A DNA stretch of 64,000 nt from Eledone cirrhosa (taxonomy: Eukaryota): contig OZ024757.1 of NCBI GenBank assembly GCA_964016885.1, positions 15,066,001-15,130,000 of the forward strand, written 5' to 3'. A model generated the notes under the pieces. It did not search any database. It saw nothing but the letters and a program-made list of their open reading frames with translations, and was not told the DNA's origin. The position numbers were made by a program, and so were the translations under genes. Each line of letters opens with the position of its first letter. The first letter of the stretch is position 1. This document shows, one piece after another, positions 10,266-21,714 of this stretch.

Positions 10266-11059
10266 ATGGCTTCCCACTCTGTTCTGCCAACGTACACGGG
10301 CGACGTAAGGTTATGGTTCTCGCAATTAGAAGCTTTCTTCAGGGCGAACAGAGTCGACGAGGAACTACAGCATTCTGTGGTCCTTAGCGCAATTCCGCCG
10401 GCAATTCTCCCAGCGGTCAAGGACCTCGTGTTAGAGGCAACGACAGAATCGTCGTACACGTCTCTGAAGGCTGAAATACTCAGCCGGACAGAACAGTCGT
10501 CAGAGAAGAGATTTAGGGCTCTGGTTCACCTAGAGCAAATAGGGGATGGCACCCCATCGAACCTCCTTAGGCGAATGAAGGACCTAACGGAGGGGTCTGC
10601 AGCGGAAACTGTCCTGCTGAAGCAGTTGTTCTTTTCGCGTCTGCCGACAAACGTACAGGCAATTTTGGCCCCCATGAGGGATACAAGCACGGCGGATCAG
10701 CTTGCCTCATCTGCGGACAAAATATTTGAGGTGACGAATGCTGGAGACAGCGACCCCCTCGCCGCTGTTCAACACCCAGCTCGGGCCACACACGCCATGC
10801 GATCTACGCGGCAGCACCAACAGATAGCTCGACAATCATTGCGATGCAAAGGTCCATTCAGGAGCTCACCATGGAGCTCCACAAGATGAAGGCCTTGTGT
10901 GGTGGCTGTTCGCGCTCCCGCAGTCGCGGGAGATCACAAAGTTTCGGACGGCGTTCCAAATCACCAGCTTCATCCCTATGCTGGTACCACGAGCGATTCG
11001 CTGAGAACGCGAAGCACTGCGTGCAACCTTGCTCCTATCATAAGGCGGGAAACGCATAA
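10266..11059 (+). CDS. Gypsy/Ty3 gag (one internal frameshift)
   Basis: [19 protein letters not shown]..., [15 protein letters not shown], then RSRSRGRS and the CWYH..F...A..C...C knuckle in the shifted frame (10844-11059). Confidence 0.85.
11047..11053 (+). promoter_or_regulatory. -1 ribosomal frameshift slippery site G GGA AAC at the gag/pol junction
   Basis: The heptamer is in the gag frame just before the gag stop, and its -1 frame is open and continuous with the pol ORF at 11071. Confidence 0.75.
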
Positions 11060-11070
11060 GAGGTCCTCTG

Positions 11071-13558
11071 ATGGGGACAGATGGCCTCAACATAAAGCCG
11101 CCAAACCGCCATTTTTTCATTAAGGACCTAATATCCGGAAGAGGTTTCCTCGTGGATACAGGAGCCTCCTGTAGTATCTGGCCGGTCCATTGCCTGAAAG
11201 ATACCCCCATAGAGTCATCTGTTACGCTGCAGGCAGTTAACCACTCGTCTATAAAGACGTACGGGCAAATCTCGCTCCCTCTTAAATTCCTAAATCTTCG
11301 AAGGGATTTTAAGTGGATTTTTACGGTTGCCGATTTGCCATATCCCATCTTAGGAGCGGATTTCCTCCACAACTTATCTTTAACTGTGGACGTCCGTGGC
11401 CAGCGCCTGGTGGATAACATCACCGGCTTTTCAATTCATGGCCAGGAAGCCAATGCCCCAATAATCAGCCCCGTGTTCTTTATCGCTGCCGCTGGTGACG
11501 CTTACCATGCGTTACTGGGTGCTTTCCCGGAGCTCACGGATGGAAATTTTCGAGTCACTGACCCAACACACTCGACCGAACATTTCGTTTCCACCACCGG
11601 TGCCCCAGTGTTTTCGCGTCTACGCCGCTTACCGACGGAAAAATTAAAGGCAGCACGGTCCGAGTTCGACCATATGCTGCAGATGGGCATTATTCGCCCA
11701 TCTACGAGTCCTTGGGCTTCACCGTTACACATGGTGCCCAAGACTTCCGGCGACTGGAGACCCACGGGGGATTATAGGAGGTTAAATGTCATGACCGTCC
11801 CGGATAGGTATCCCATTCCCCATCTCCACGATTTTGCATCTTCACTGCAGGGGTGTAAGATTTTTTCTAAGTTAGATTTAGTGCGAGCCTACCCCCAAAT
11901 TCCGGTCAGGAAGGAGGATATTCCGAAAACTGCAATTACAACCCCTTTCGGATCATTCGAATTTTTGACCATGCCTTTCGGACTCAGGAACGCCGCTAGC
12001 ACTTTTCAGCGGTTCATAGAGGTCACGCGTGGTCTGGACTTCGTCTATGCTTACATAGACGATATTCTCGTCGCTAGTTCCTCTCCGGAAGAGCATATGC
12101 ACCACATGCTTCTCTTACTTCGGCAACTTCAGGATTACCGCGTTCGCGTGAATCCTGCAAAGTGTGTTTTCGGTTCCACTTCCCTACATTTTTTAGGCCA
12201 CCTCATCGACGCCGAAGGTATTAGGCCGCTCCCTCAGCGAGTTCAAGCCATACAGGAGTTACCGCCGCCTACTACACTTCACCAGTTGCGTCACTTCTTA
12301 GGCCTAATCAATTTCTATAGGCGTTTCATTCCTCATTGTGCTAATTGGCTATCTTCCCTTACTGACATTTTAAAAAAACGTCGTAAGAAGAATGAAGACA
12401 TTTCCTTGACACAAGGACAGCTTCAGGACTTCCAGTCTGCCAAGACAGCCCTCGCTAGTTCTTCTTTGCTAGCCCACCCGGTACCAGAGGCCAAGCTTTC
12501 GCTTTGTGTTGATGCATCTGATACCGCTATGGGAGCAGTTTTACAGCAGTCTTACGCTGAAAACCAACAACCTTTGGCATTTTTCTCGAGGAAGTTGAAA
12601 CCAGCAGAAACGCGTTATAGCACGTTTGGGCGGGAATTATTAGCCATATATCTGTCGGTGAAACATTTCTCTCATATCCTTGAGGGGAGAAATTTTACGG
12701 TTTTTACCGACCACAAACCGTTGACCTTCGCTTTGAGGGCCAAAGCCGACAGATATTCGCCCAGAGAGACAAGGCACCTGGACTACGTTTCACAATTTAC
12801 AAACGATATCCAGCACATTGTCGGCTCGCACAACATAGTTGCAGACGCATTATCACGTTTGCCAATTAGCTCCATCTCGTCATCCCAGGATATCGACTTA
12901 GGTCGTTTAGCTGCAGACCAACCTGCACTCCAATCGTTGGACACTCTTTCTACTGAATTTGCGACTTGCATTTTCAAATATCTGCCCTTGTCCACCACCG
13001 ACAGGCAGATTCTTTGTGATGTATCCACTGATGCGCCACGACCACTTGTTCCTGAGACTCACCGTCGAATTGTGTTCCTGGCTCTGCACAACATTTCTCA
13101 TCCAGGATCTGCTGCCACAGTTAAACTCATAACAGCCAGATTCTTCTGGCCTAATATGAGGCGCGACATTGCTGCTTGGTGCCGTTCCTGTATCGCTTGC
13201 CAGAAATCGAAGATCTATAGACACACCCGGACTCCACTGGGTACTTTCACCACTCCAGATGCTCGGTTCCAACACATCCACATTGACATCGTTGGACCTT
13301 GGCCATTCAGCAGTGGATATTCCTACATATTGACGTGTGTCGATCGTTTTTCGCGATGGCCTGAAGCCATCCCTTTACAAGACATGACTGCTGAGACTGT
13401 AGCACGTGCCCTGGTATCAGGGTGGATTACCCGCTTTGGGGTACCAACTACACTCACCACAGACCGCGGTAGACAATTCGAGTCCCACCTCTTCTCTGAG
13501 CTCACCAAAATAATTGGAGCTCAACGGATTCGGACCACAGCCTATCATCCTGCTTCAA
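11071..13558 (+). CDS. Gypsy pol: protease, RT, RNase H, integrase truncated after TTAYHPAS
   Basis: FLVDTGAS; [28 protein letters not shown]; VDAS, RELLAI, TDHKPL, ADALSR; HHCC (H..SH..C..CQ), HIDIVGP, TDRG. The catalytic E is missing. Confidence 0.93.
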
Positions 13559-14575
13559 AGAACAACGCTATATGTCACAAAAAAGAGTGGAACGCGTTCA
13601 ATCACTTCCACATCATCTGGCATAGCATGCAACGACCGGGCGAAAACCAAAGATTAAAGTATATACGGAGTCTGTATAAGAAAGCCACGAAACTCAACAG
13701 ATACATCCCTGAATGTCAGAGGATTAAATTCCCGTCTAGCATGGCGAATTACTTTTGCCAGCCTCCGAGGTACATTCTAAGAAAAGGGCAGGACAGTACC
13801 AACGAACTGTTCACGGAGTGGTGCATGCAAGAATACATAGCAAAACCAGAAATAGCACCTAAACCAACAGTAGAAGAACCAACATTCAAATCCAAATCAG
13901 GAACGACTCTCACTTTATTCAACTACTTGTCCTATATATTCACATCGAAAAGATTTCGAAGCGAACAGGATATGAAATCGCATTGGTTGCACAGACCAAA
14001 TAATGATAATTTGATGTGAGCTATCTCGCACCCTATGTATGACTCGGTGATGAAAAAAGTGTTAGAGTGTGAGAAACTGAAAAGTTTAAACCAAGGCTTC
14101 AAGGAGAAATTCGAGAATATGAATTGGGAATATTTTGATAATAATAAGAATTATATGGACAGGGATGTATCATTGAAAATATTTAAATCTATCCTATTAA
14201 CGCAAGACATCAATGAACAAAGTATAGTAACTACGGTGTGGGAGTTACTAACACAAAAAAAAACTAAAAGGAACCTGTTAGTATTGAGAGGAATACCAAA
14301 TACCAGTAAATCGATGGTAGCCAGAAGTATTGCAGATATGTTCACGCCTGTCTCCACAATACAAGGTACAAGCAGCTTCCCATTTCAGAACTTAATAAAC
14401 GTGGAAATAGGTCTTATCGAAGAACCTAATTTTAACCTAGAAACGCTACAAACGTTTAAGAAACTAGCTGAAGGAGTAGACACGGAAGTAGCAATTAAAT
14501 TCAAGCAAGACCAAATAGTACATCGAACACCATTAATAATAACTAGCAACAATAAATTTGATCAAAATGCGCCTT
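13559..14575 (+). pseudogene. Endogenous parvovirus-like NS1/Rep, 5' part (HUH endonuclease + SF3 helicase)
   Basis: HFHIIWH (HUH motif) and downstream Y residues. An in-frame TGA at 14017-14019 is followed by Walker A-like LRGIPNTSKS, FPFQ, Walker B GLIEEP, B' FKKLAEG..VAIKFK and motif C PLIITSNN. Composition shifts sharply to A-rich. Confidence 0.85.
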
Positions 14576-15420
14576 TGTAACAAATAACACTTCCTTCTCC
14601 AAGCCTAGATTCGAAACCGAATCTAAGAATTCTCGCTGTTCAAAATCACGAAGACAGGCGCCAAAGAAAGGTTTTTCTTTGTCCTGTCAAAAAGTGATTG
14701 ATCGCCTCCCTTTGACCTACGACCTCAGCTAGGTCAAGCCAAAGTCAAATTGACCGAAGGACGTAGAAACCCTGTTGCGGTATGTCTATCATTCTAGCCA
14801 CCGCAACATTATATATATGAGAGTCAAGGGAAACCCGACACAGAGAGACCTGGCAAAGCAAGCGTAATGAACTACTGTGTCAGATGAACTACACACACAC
14901 ACTCACACAAACATATTCATTCTAACACACCAGTTCCACAAATGTATCCTGGTTCTATTTTCTTACATAACCACAAATTAAGTTCCAGTGAAATAAATTA
15001 TTTTTATAATGAATCCATTCACCTACTTGTTCATTTTTCCGGCATACACATGCCTTATCAATATTTCACCATTATACACACACAACCACTACTTTTGGTG
15101 ACCCCGTAAACGAATTGCGGCCTTCCTTTGAACCAGCTTCACCAACCAAACTGCATTTGGAAACAAAAACAGAACTGAGAATTCCGCGAACACAATGGCT
15201 CTCCCAGAACAGAATGCAGCGGCGAACACATCTATCGACATGGCATTCCAAGCGGCAGTTACTTTGAGAATTCCCCCATTGTGGACACACGACCCTGCAT
15301 TATGGTTTTACCATATAGAGGCCCAGTTTTCTTCTAACCGAGTAAACTGCGATGCGTTCATTTTTCCGGCATACACATGCCTTATCAATATTTCACCATT
15401 ATACACACACAACCACTACA
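14576..15420 (+). mobile_element. Internally deleted Gypsy LTR element inserted into NS1
   Basis: TG...CA termini; 4-bp TSD CCTT (14572-14575 / 15421-15424); 5' LTR ~14576-15092; PBS TGGTGACCCCG at 15096-15106; gag start LRIPPLWTHDPALWFYHIEAQF (15195-~15350); last ~65 bp of the LTR repeated at 15356-15420. Confidence 0.88.
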
Positions 15421-15829
15421 CCTTTATCTGAAAGAATAGCCTTCGTTACAAGGTATACGGAATTCATGTTCACCATTTCTTAAACATGTAAAAAGAAAAC
15501 TCAATCCATTTATATGGAACATACTTTTCTACGAATATTGTTTCAGCAATCTCGTCAATGAAGACAGTTCATCTTCAGACGATAACTTGAATTTTATTCT
15601 AGACGAGTACGAAAAACTCCAAGAGGAAGACTGGAACTGACGAAAGCGATTTCGGACTCCGTCTCCAAATCGAAGCGGGGACACCCTCAAATTGGAATGT
15701 AGCGAACGGGAGTTGTCAGATTCAGACAAAGAAAACAATGAAGGAGAATGCCGATGGAGGAAATACTCCAAAATGATGAGATCCAACAGAAATGCACCGT
15801 CTCCAGAACCATTTACAGAAGAATTATAA
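15421..15829 (+). pseudogene. Endogenous parvovirus-like NS1, 3' part
   Basis: Removing the LTR element restores ...DQNAPL-SERIAFVTRY (candidate Arg finger). After a frameshift it reads SPFLKHVKRKLNPFIW, resembling densoviral NS1 C-termini, followed by an acidic tail. Confidence 0.7.
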
Positions 15830-15851
15830 TTGGTAATTATCCTAGAGATAA

Positions 15852-15890
15852 AATAAAACTTGTATTCCTTTTTTGTGATTAAAAAAAAAA
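15852..15890 (+). terminator. Polyadenylation signal AATAAA and A10 tract after NS1
   Basis: AATAAA at 15852-15857; A10 at 15881-15890, 23 nt downstream. Confidence 0.5.
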
Positions 15891-16053
15891 TATATGAAAA
15901 GAAATAGCGAGCAACCGGCCAAGTGGTCGGTTGCTCGCTTATTTTTTTAAATATTATTTTAAAAAAGCGTTAATGCACTGCTCAAAGAACTCTGCCCGGT
16001 CGGGAGGGAGGTTGTTGACCTAAATACAATGATGCAATAATAAGCCGATTATA

Positions 16054-17780
16054 TTGCACATGGGAAAAAGAACGGCCCGTCTCCGCATTCCCAGAATCCC
16101 ACCAGGACTTGACATGTGGTGGCTTCTGGGATGTGTGATTGTGGAGGGGACAGATACCGTCTCTATAGAAGTGACCAGAACAGCAAGAGAGGACTGGTCC
16201 GGGGTTGACCTGGAGATCCTTCTCCAGATCAGGCCCGAGAATGTGAAGACAATCCCAGACCACATCCGCCTTCAGAATGGGACGGTCATTCACATTATGA
16301 CCGAAGGCAAACGGCCGCAGTGTTTTGTTTGTGGGGAAAAAACCCATTTGCGAGCCTTCTGCCCTCAACTGCTGAAAGAGGCAAGGGGTCGAAAGGCTCC
16401 ACTGCTGCCAACGCCGGGGCGAGGACCACAACCAACACCAGCCCCGGCAAAACCACCAACAACAACACCAATAGAAAGACCACCACCAACATTGACCACC
16501 CAGGGGGGAAACGAGGAAAGCTGTCAAATTCCCCCTCCCCCCAAAAATACACACACCAATAAAACCATAAACATACATACGGAAACAGACCCCTCATCTA
16601 CCAGTAGTGAAGATGAGGGAAAACCAAAATCCCCCAAAATACAAAAAAGGAAACACAAAAAGAAAAAAAACTCAACAAAGCACAAAATCACCCACAATAA
16701 AAAACGCAGACACCACCCACGCAAACATCTCTCCAATGACACCACCATCACCATCACCGGAATCCCCCAAACGCAAACAACCTAAACAGATGCAAGAACA
16801 AATATACACACAAACATCTGAAACCACAGACACCGCACTCACAACAAACACAGATACAACCGAAACCACACCACCAAAGCCACGCAAACAAATAAAATCA
16901 CACCAACAAAACATACAAAACTTTGTGCTCGTCAGGAGGGCAAACAAGGAACTGATGGCCCTCGTAGCACGAAGTGAAAATACACAAAAAGAGGGGGAAA
17001 TTTTTAAATCGAGCACATTTCGCGTGCCAGAAGATTTGGTTCTGGTGCGAATGTCGCTCGATATATTCAAAGAAATACGAGACAGCTTTCCACGGGATGT
17101 GGGAACCCCGAACGTAAAACCCACTTCAAGACTTTTAAAGAGGTTCCAAAAAGAAACCCCACCAACTATGGAGGTCGAACAACCCGACCTTCACAAGAGC
17201 CCGGAAGGTAAGTAAACCTTCCTCTCTCTCTTTTTAACCTGCCAACATGGCTGTATTAAGAGTAGGATGTTTAAATGTTCGAGGCCTGGGATTGTCCTGG
17301 AAGCAGGGTCACCTGCTCAACGACCTCAGGTCTATAGAAATGGACGTAATTGCCGTCAGCGAGACCAGGATTTCCGACGACTATCAGATCTTTGCATCTG
17401 TTAACCGGCCGGGAATGGGAGGCGGGGTGGCAGTGCTGTTTAGGAAAGGCCTGGATCTCGAGGTAAAGTCGATCTTCCGGGAAGTTGGTGGTCCTGGACG
17501 TGAACAGCTTTTGTCACGTGTAGAACGGATCCGGCTATCGGCCGAGTCCATAGTGAAGATCGACCCGCCACCTTCTTTTGGCCAGGAAGGGCAGGCAATT
17601 TTCCTCTGTCTGGTTTCAGTAGCGAAAGAGGTTGTATGGTGGACGAAGTTGAAAGGACTGAAGACAGACACTTTTCTCTTCGGCCAATCCCTCATCAACT
17701 TTTTCAAGTTTCACTTGGAAAGGAAGGTGAGGGTGGAGAGAGAAGTGCTGAAAAGGACACAAAAAATATTGGGGCCATGA
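16054..17780 (+). mobile_element. Tx1/L1-like non-LTR element, internally deleted
   Basis: ORF1 has a CCHC knuckle (CFVCGEKTHLRAFC) and a Pro/Thr-rich tail. ORF2 starts as an APE endonuclease (CLNVRGL, VIAVSETR, GGGVAVL) and jumps directly to C-terminal sequence (KEVVWWT), with no RT. Confidence 0.75.
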
Positions 17781-17956
17781 GCCCAAAACTTAAACTTTTT
17801 ATTTATCAAACAAAATATTTCTTTGAAAAAAAAAAACATGGACGACAAATTTACTGTTTTTAACAGACCCTCCCCCACCAACACCATTGTAAGCCTTGCT
17901 ATGGTTCCCAACACTGAAAATATAATTAATACCAGTCTGAATTATTTAGAATTGCC

Positions 17957-18853
17957 ATGGATTTCCCGCCATTACCAATAACTGCAGGTGTTAAAGCCGC
18001 CACCCCCACCACCACAATGTCAAAAAGAACAACGAACACCACTGATACCACCACCACAGTGACAACAGAAACCCCAAAAAAATAAATTATTATCTCGTGA
18101 CATCAACATGGATTCATCCAGAATCGACTCTTCCATGCCGAACACCACTGACACCTCCACCACAACTGAAGCTAAAAATAACAATAACAACATCAACACC
18201 ACCGCAAAGCAAAATGTGTCGTTTGCCAAAGCAGCCAAGAAAAGCGAAACAATCGAGGTAAGCCAGGATGAATTAAATGAAGCCAAGAGAATGGTAAAAA
18301 AAGATGGGTACAGGGTCAGCCTCACCCGCCCACCTAATAAAATGGAGCAACGTCGCCTATGCACCGTGTCTTATCGGACGATTAACACAAAATAACAACA
18401 GCAACAATGAAATTAAGAAAACTACCCTGAGTTTTGCCAGAGTAGCAAAAACATGCGAAGCGATCCAGGTAACTCAGGAGGAATTAGAACAAGCCAAAGG
18501 AATGGTAAAGAAAGATGGGTACAGGGTCAGCCTCATCCCCCACCCCACCTAATAAAATGGACCATCGGCGCCTATGCACCGTGTCTTATTGGACGATTTA
18601 CACAAAATCACGCTGAATGGAATGGGCATCCGAGTCCCAAATACAAAAAGCTTTGGGACATGTGGGCGAAAAAAACCCACATCAGCCGTGGGCAGAAATA
18701 TGGAACCGTGGACGTGTTCTTTGGAACACCACAGGAAGCCAGAGAGCACTCCATGGCTCCATTAAGAAGCGACGACTTCACACTCGTCCCAAGCTATTGT
18801 GGCCAGAGACTCGTGAAGATCAGGGTGACCCACGTTCCATCGCATGTAGACTG
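17957..18853 (+). mobile_element. Degenerate ORF1-like fragment of a non-LTR element with an internal ~170-bp duplication
   Basis: SFAKAAK motif; KKDGYRVSL occurs twice (near 18300 and 18510); Thr/Asn-rich composition like the upstream ORF1. Confidence 0.45.
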
Positions 18854-19379
18854 AGGAGTGGGAAAACTGAGAGAGGGTGCTTGCCCTGGTGGTCAGCGTG
18901 GCCGTGGTCTTTTGTGTGGTTTTCGCCATGAGTGACCTTCAGAAGCTTCCCCCCTATTGGGGAATTTTTTGTTGTTTGAATTTTTTTGATATTTCTACCT
19001 TGTTATAACCTTCTTTACATGGCCAAAACCAACTTTGTATCGTTCTGTGCCATCTGTAATGTTTTTCTTCATGTTAGCCCTTGTGACCAATAAAGAAACC
19101 ATTATTATTGACTTTCTCTGATCTTGCAGACAATATGGCAATGAAAATGAGAATAGGTAATGAGACAGTCAAAGCCTTCAGCAGCAAGGAGGAAGTTATC
19201 ACCAGGATGAGAAAGATTAAATCGGTCGCCACACTGCAAGGCATCAAAAATGTGGTTGGCCTCATGGCACTATCTCAATGGCAACACATTAGCATTATAC
19301 CTCAAAATGGATATGTCAAACCAATCGAACACAGAGAAAATAGAACATCTCAAGGGAAATGTTCAATGAAGGACTTTAT

Positions 19380-21140
19380 GTTGCTTTTGACAAGCTAGGC
19401 AAAGTGAGATGGACGGGAGAGCAGGTGGACTTATTTGCAGCAGAAATACAGCAATACAGCAATGAAATTTTGACAGGCAACAAGAAAATGAACATGAGTG
19501 AGCTAATCACACAGACCTGGGGATGCTAGAAGTGAGTTTCCGGGAGATGTGTAAAGATGGATCATGGAGGGCATATCATTTGATCCGTTGCAAAGAGGAG
19601 ATAAAGAATGAAGTGTTGTTGTTAATGGCAGTAGTGCAAGCAACAAAGGACAAGGTGAGAGCAGTGCTGGACTTTTGGGAACTGAATAAGTGTCATGCCA
19701 CACAGGCAGGGAAACCTTGCAAGAGTGGAGACAAATAATGGGAGCCTCCATGATTGTTGGCACATCTGCACTACACGTGACTGAGAAACTGTGGAAGTAT
19801 CAGCTGGTCAGGTATAAGGGCCAGACATACTGCCTGACCAGACTGGCGTTCAGGTTGAAGTCAGCACGAAAGATCATGGTCATTCTGAGGAAGGTAGACA
19901 AGTTGAAGAGGGCCACCAATTCCTATATTGATGATATCTTGGTAAACGAGACTGTGGTATCAGCAGCAGAGGTCTCAAGCCCCCTAGGAAGGTTCAGGTT
20001 AATGGCAAAACCACCAGAGGCGATGGAAGGAGGCTCTGGGACTGAAGCTGCGCTGAGACAAGACGTGCACACTGGTATTTCGGAGGGAAAACGAAGGCCC
20101 AGAACTGGGCACTGACATGGATAGACGAGAACTTTTCTCAATGTGTGAGAAATTGGTAGGTAACTATCCAATAGAAGGGAGGCTCCGAACAGTGTGCTAA
20201 TATGTCATGAGACAAATGGACGGGGTGAGGTGGGGAGACAGGGTAGGAAAGGGGATGGTGGCCATGATGCAGGAGATCGTGGAGAGGATAAAAGTGGCAT
20301 CAACATGGCCGAATTGGATGCCGTGCTGAGGGGAGTGAATCTTGCTCTGAGATGGAGGCTGCGTACCATAGAGATTCGTACTGATTTGGCCACTGTGCTT
20401 GGATGGGTGCTCATCAGTGAGAGGAGGGTGGGAATGAGGGGTGGCAGATATGTTAATAAAGCGCCGCCTGCTGAGTTTGACTTGAAGTTGAGTGTGGCCT
20501 TTGTGACCTCAGAGTAAAATAGGGTGGACATTCTGACCAGGTTGAAGAAAGCCTGGCTAGAATCGCCAGACTATGTGGAAAAGGGGATCGCTGAAGTATG
20601 TCGACTGAGTGACTCAGTGTCAAGGTTGCACACCATGCATCATATGGGAGAGGATAGGACCCTGTTCCTAGCCAGGAAAGTCGACTCCGACATTACCAGA
20701 TAGAGTGTCCAGAAAGTGGTTGGGAGTTGAGTTGTGACAGATGCCAGTCTAACGACCCTACCCTGGGCGTGCACGAGACGGGTAACATCCTGGTGGAGCA
20801 CAACTGAAAGCAGTGGATGTGAAACATTACCCACAGGAGATATATCTTTCAATGGTCGATTGTGGACCGGCGTGGATGGCAATATTGATCCTTTAGTGCA
20901 GAGGAGATATTGTTGGAAGCGAGGGACCAGTGACGCCACATCAGGGTTTGTGGGCCTGTCACTTCCTCTTTCGTCAGGATGTGGTACCATGTGGACATGG
21001 TATCATTATGTGTGAGAGAGAGACTGTATTTTCATGGTCAAACATAAACCATGTGAACATCCATGTAGGAGCATTAAATCCGGACTCAAGTGGAGAGGCA
21101 AGGTCGGCTCATTCGCTTCCTCACCACAATATTAAAGATT
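19380..21140 (+). mobile_element. Highly degenerate Gypsy-like pol relic
   Basis: YCLTRLAF, SYIDDILV, NMAELDAVLRG..IEIRTD (RNase H-like), N..D.LTR and an H...H integrase zinc-finger remnant across several frames. Confidence 0.6.
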
Positions 21141-21147
21141 AGCAAAA

Positions 21148-21179
<32 letters not shown>

Positions 21180-21194
21180 AAGAAAAAAAAAAAT

Positions 21195-21420
21195 CTATGC
21201 AGAAATAATGAGGAATCTGCAGATACTCCACACTGACTATACTTTTAGATTTATCCCTCTGATCATTGGGGCACTGGGATATGTTAATAACTACCTCCGT
21301 ACAAGTCTTGAGAAGCTGGGCTTCACAGAACCAGAAAGGCTATAACTAGTTAGGAAATTACAACTACAATCCATTAATGGAATTGTAAAAATACATAAAA
21401 CATTTCAAAAATTCTGCATG
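21195..21420 (+). mobile_element. 3' fragment of an RLE-type non-LTR element (R4/NeSL-like)
   Basis: Translates as YTFRFIPLIIGALGYV..LEKLG, typical of the RLE C-terminus; preceded by an A-tract. Confidence 0.45.
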
Positions 21421-21676
21421 TATGCATATATAGATACAAACATATACATGTGTACATATATAACTCAAAACATACAGATCCACAAATACAACATCCATAC
21501 TAACACACGTGCACACATACAGACATGCATACATATTTACCTAGTTGATGATGTCTAAATAAGAATGAAAGAGTCTTGTGGAATATATATATACACGCAG
21601 GCATACATGCATGTAAATATAAAGTCCAAATATGTGGTGAAATAAGAGAGTTCTGTGGTAAAAAATTATTCCTTTC

Positions 21677-21714
21677 TTATTCCAACAATGGCTGCAACTT
21701 CTTTGTTCCAACTG
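21677..21714 (-). CDS. FAN1: FAN1 terminal coding exon 15
   Basis: ttttcacag acceptor, phase 1, gives [12 protein letters not shown] (cf. vertebrate AVGAK). Confidence 0.75.
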
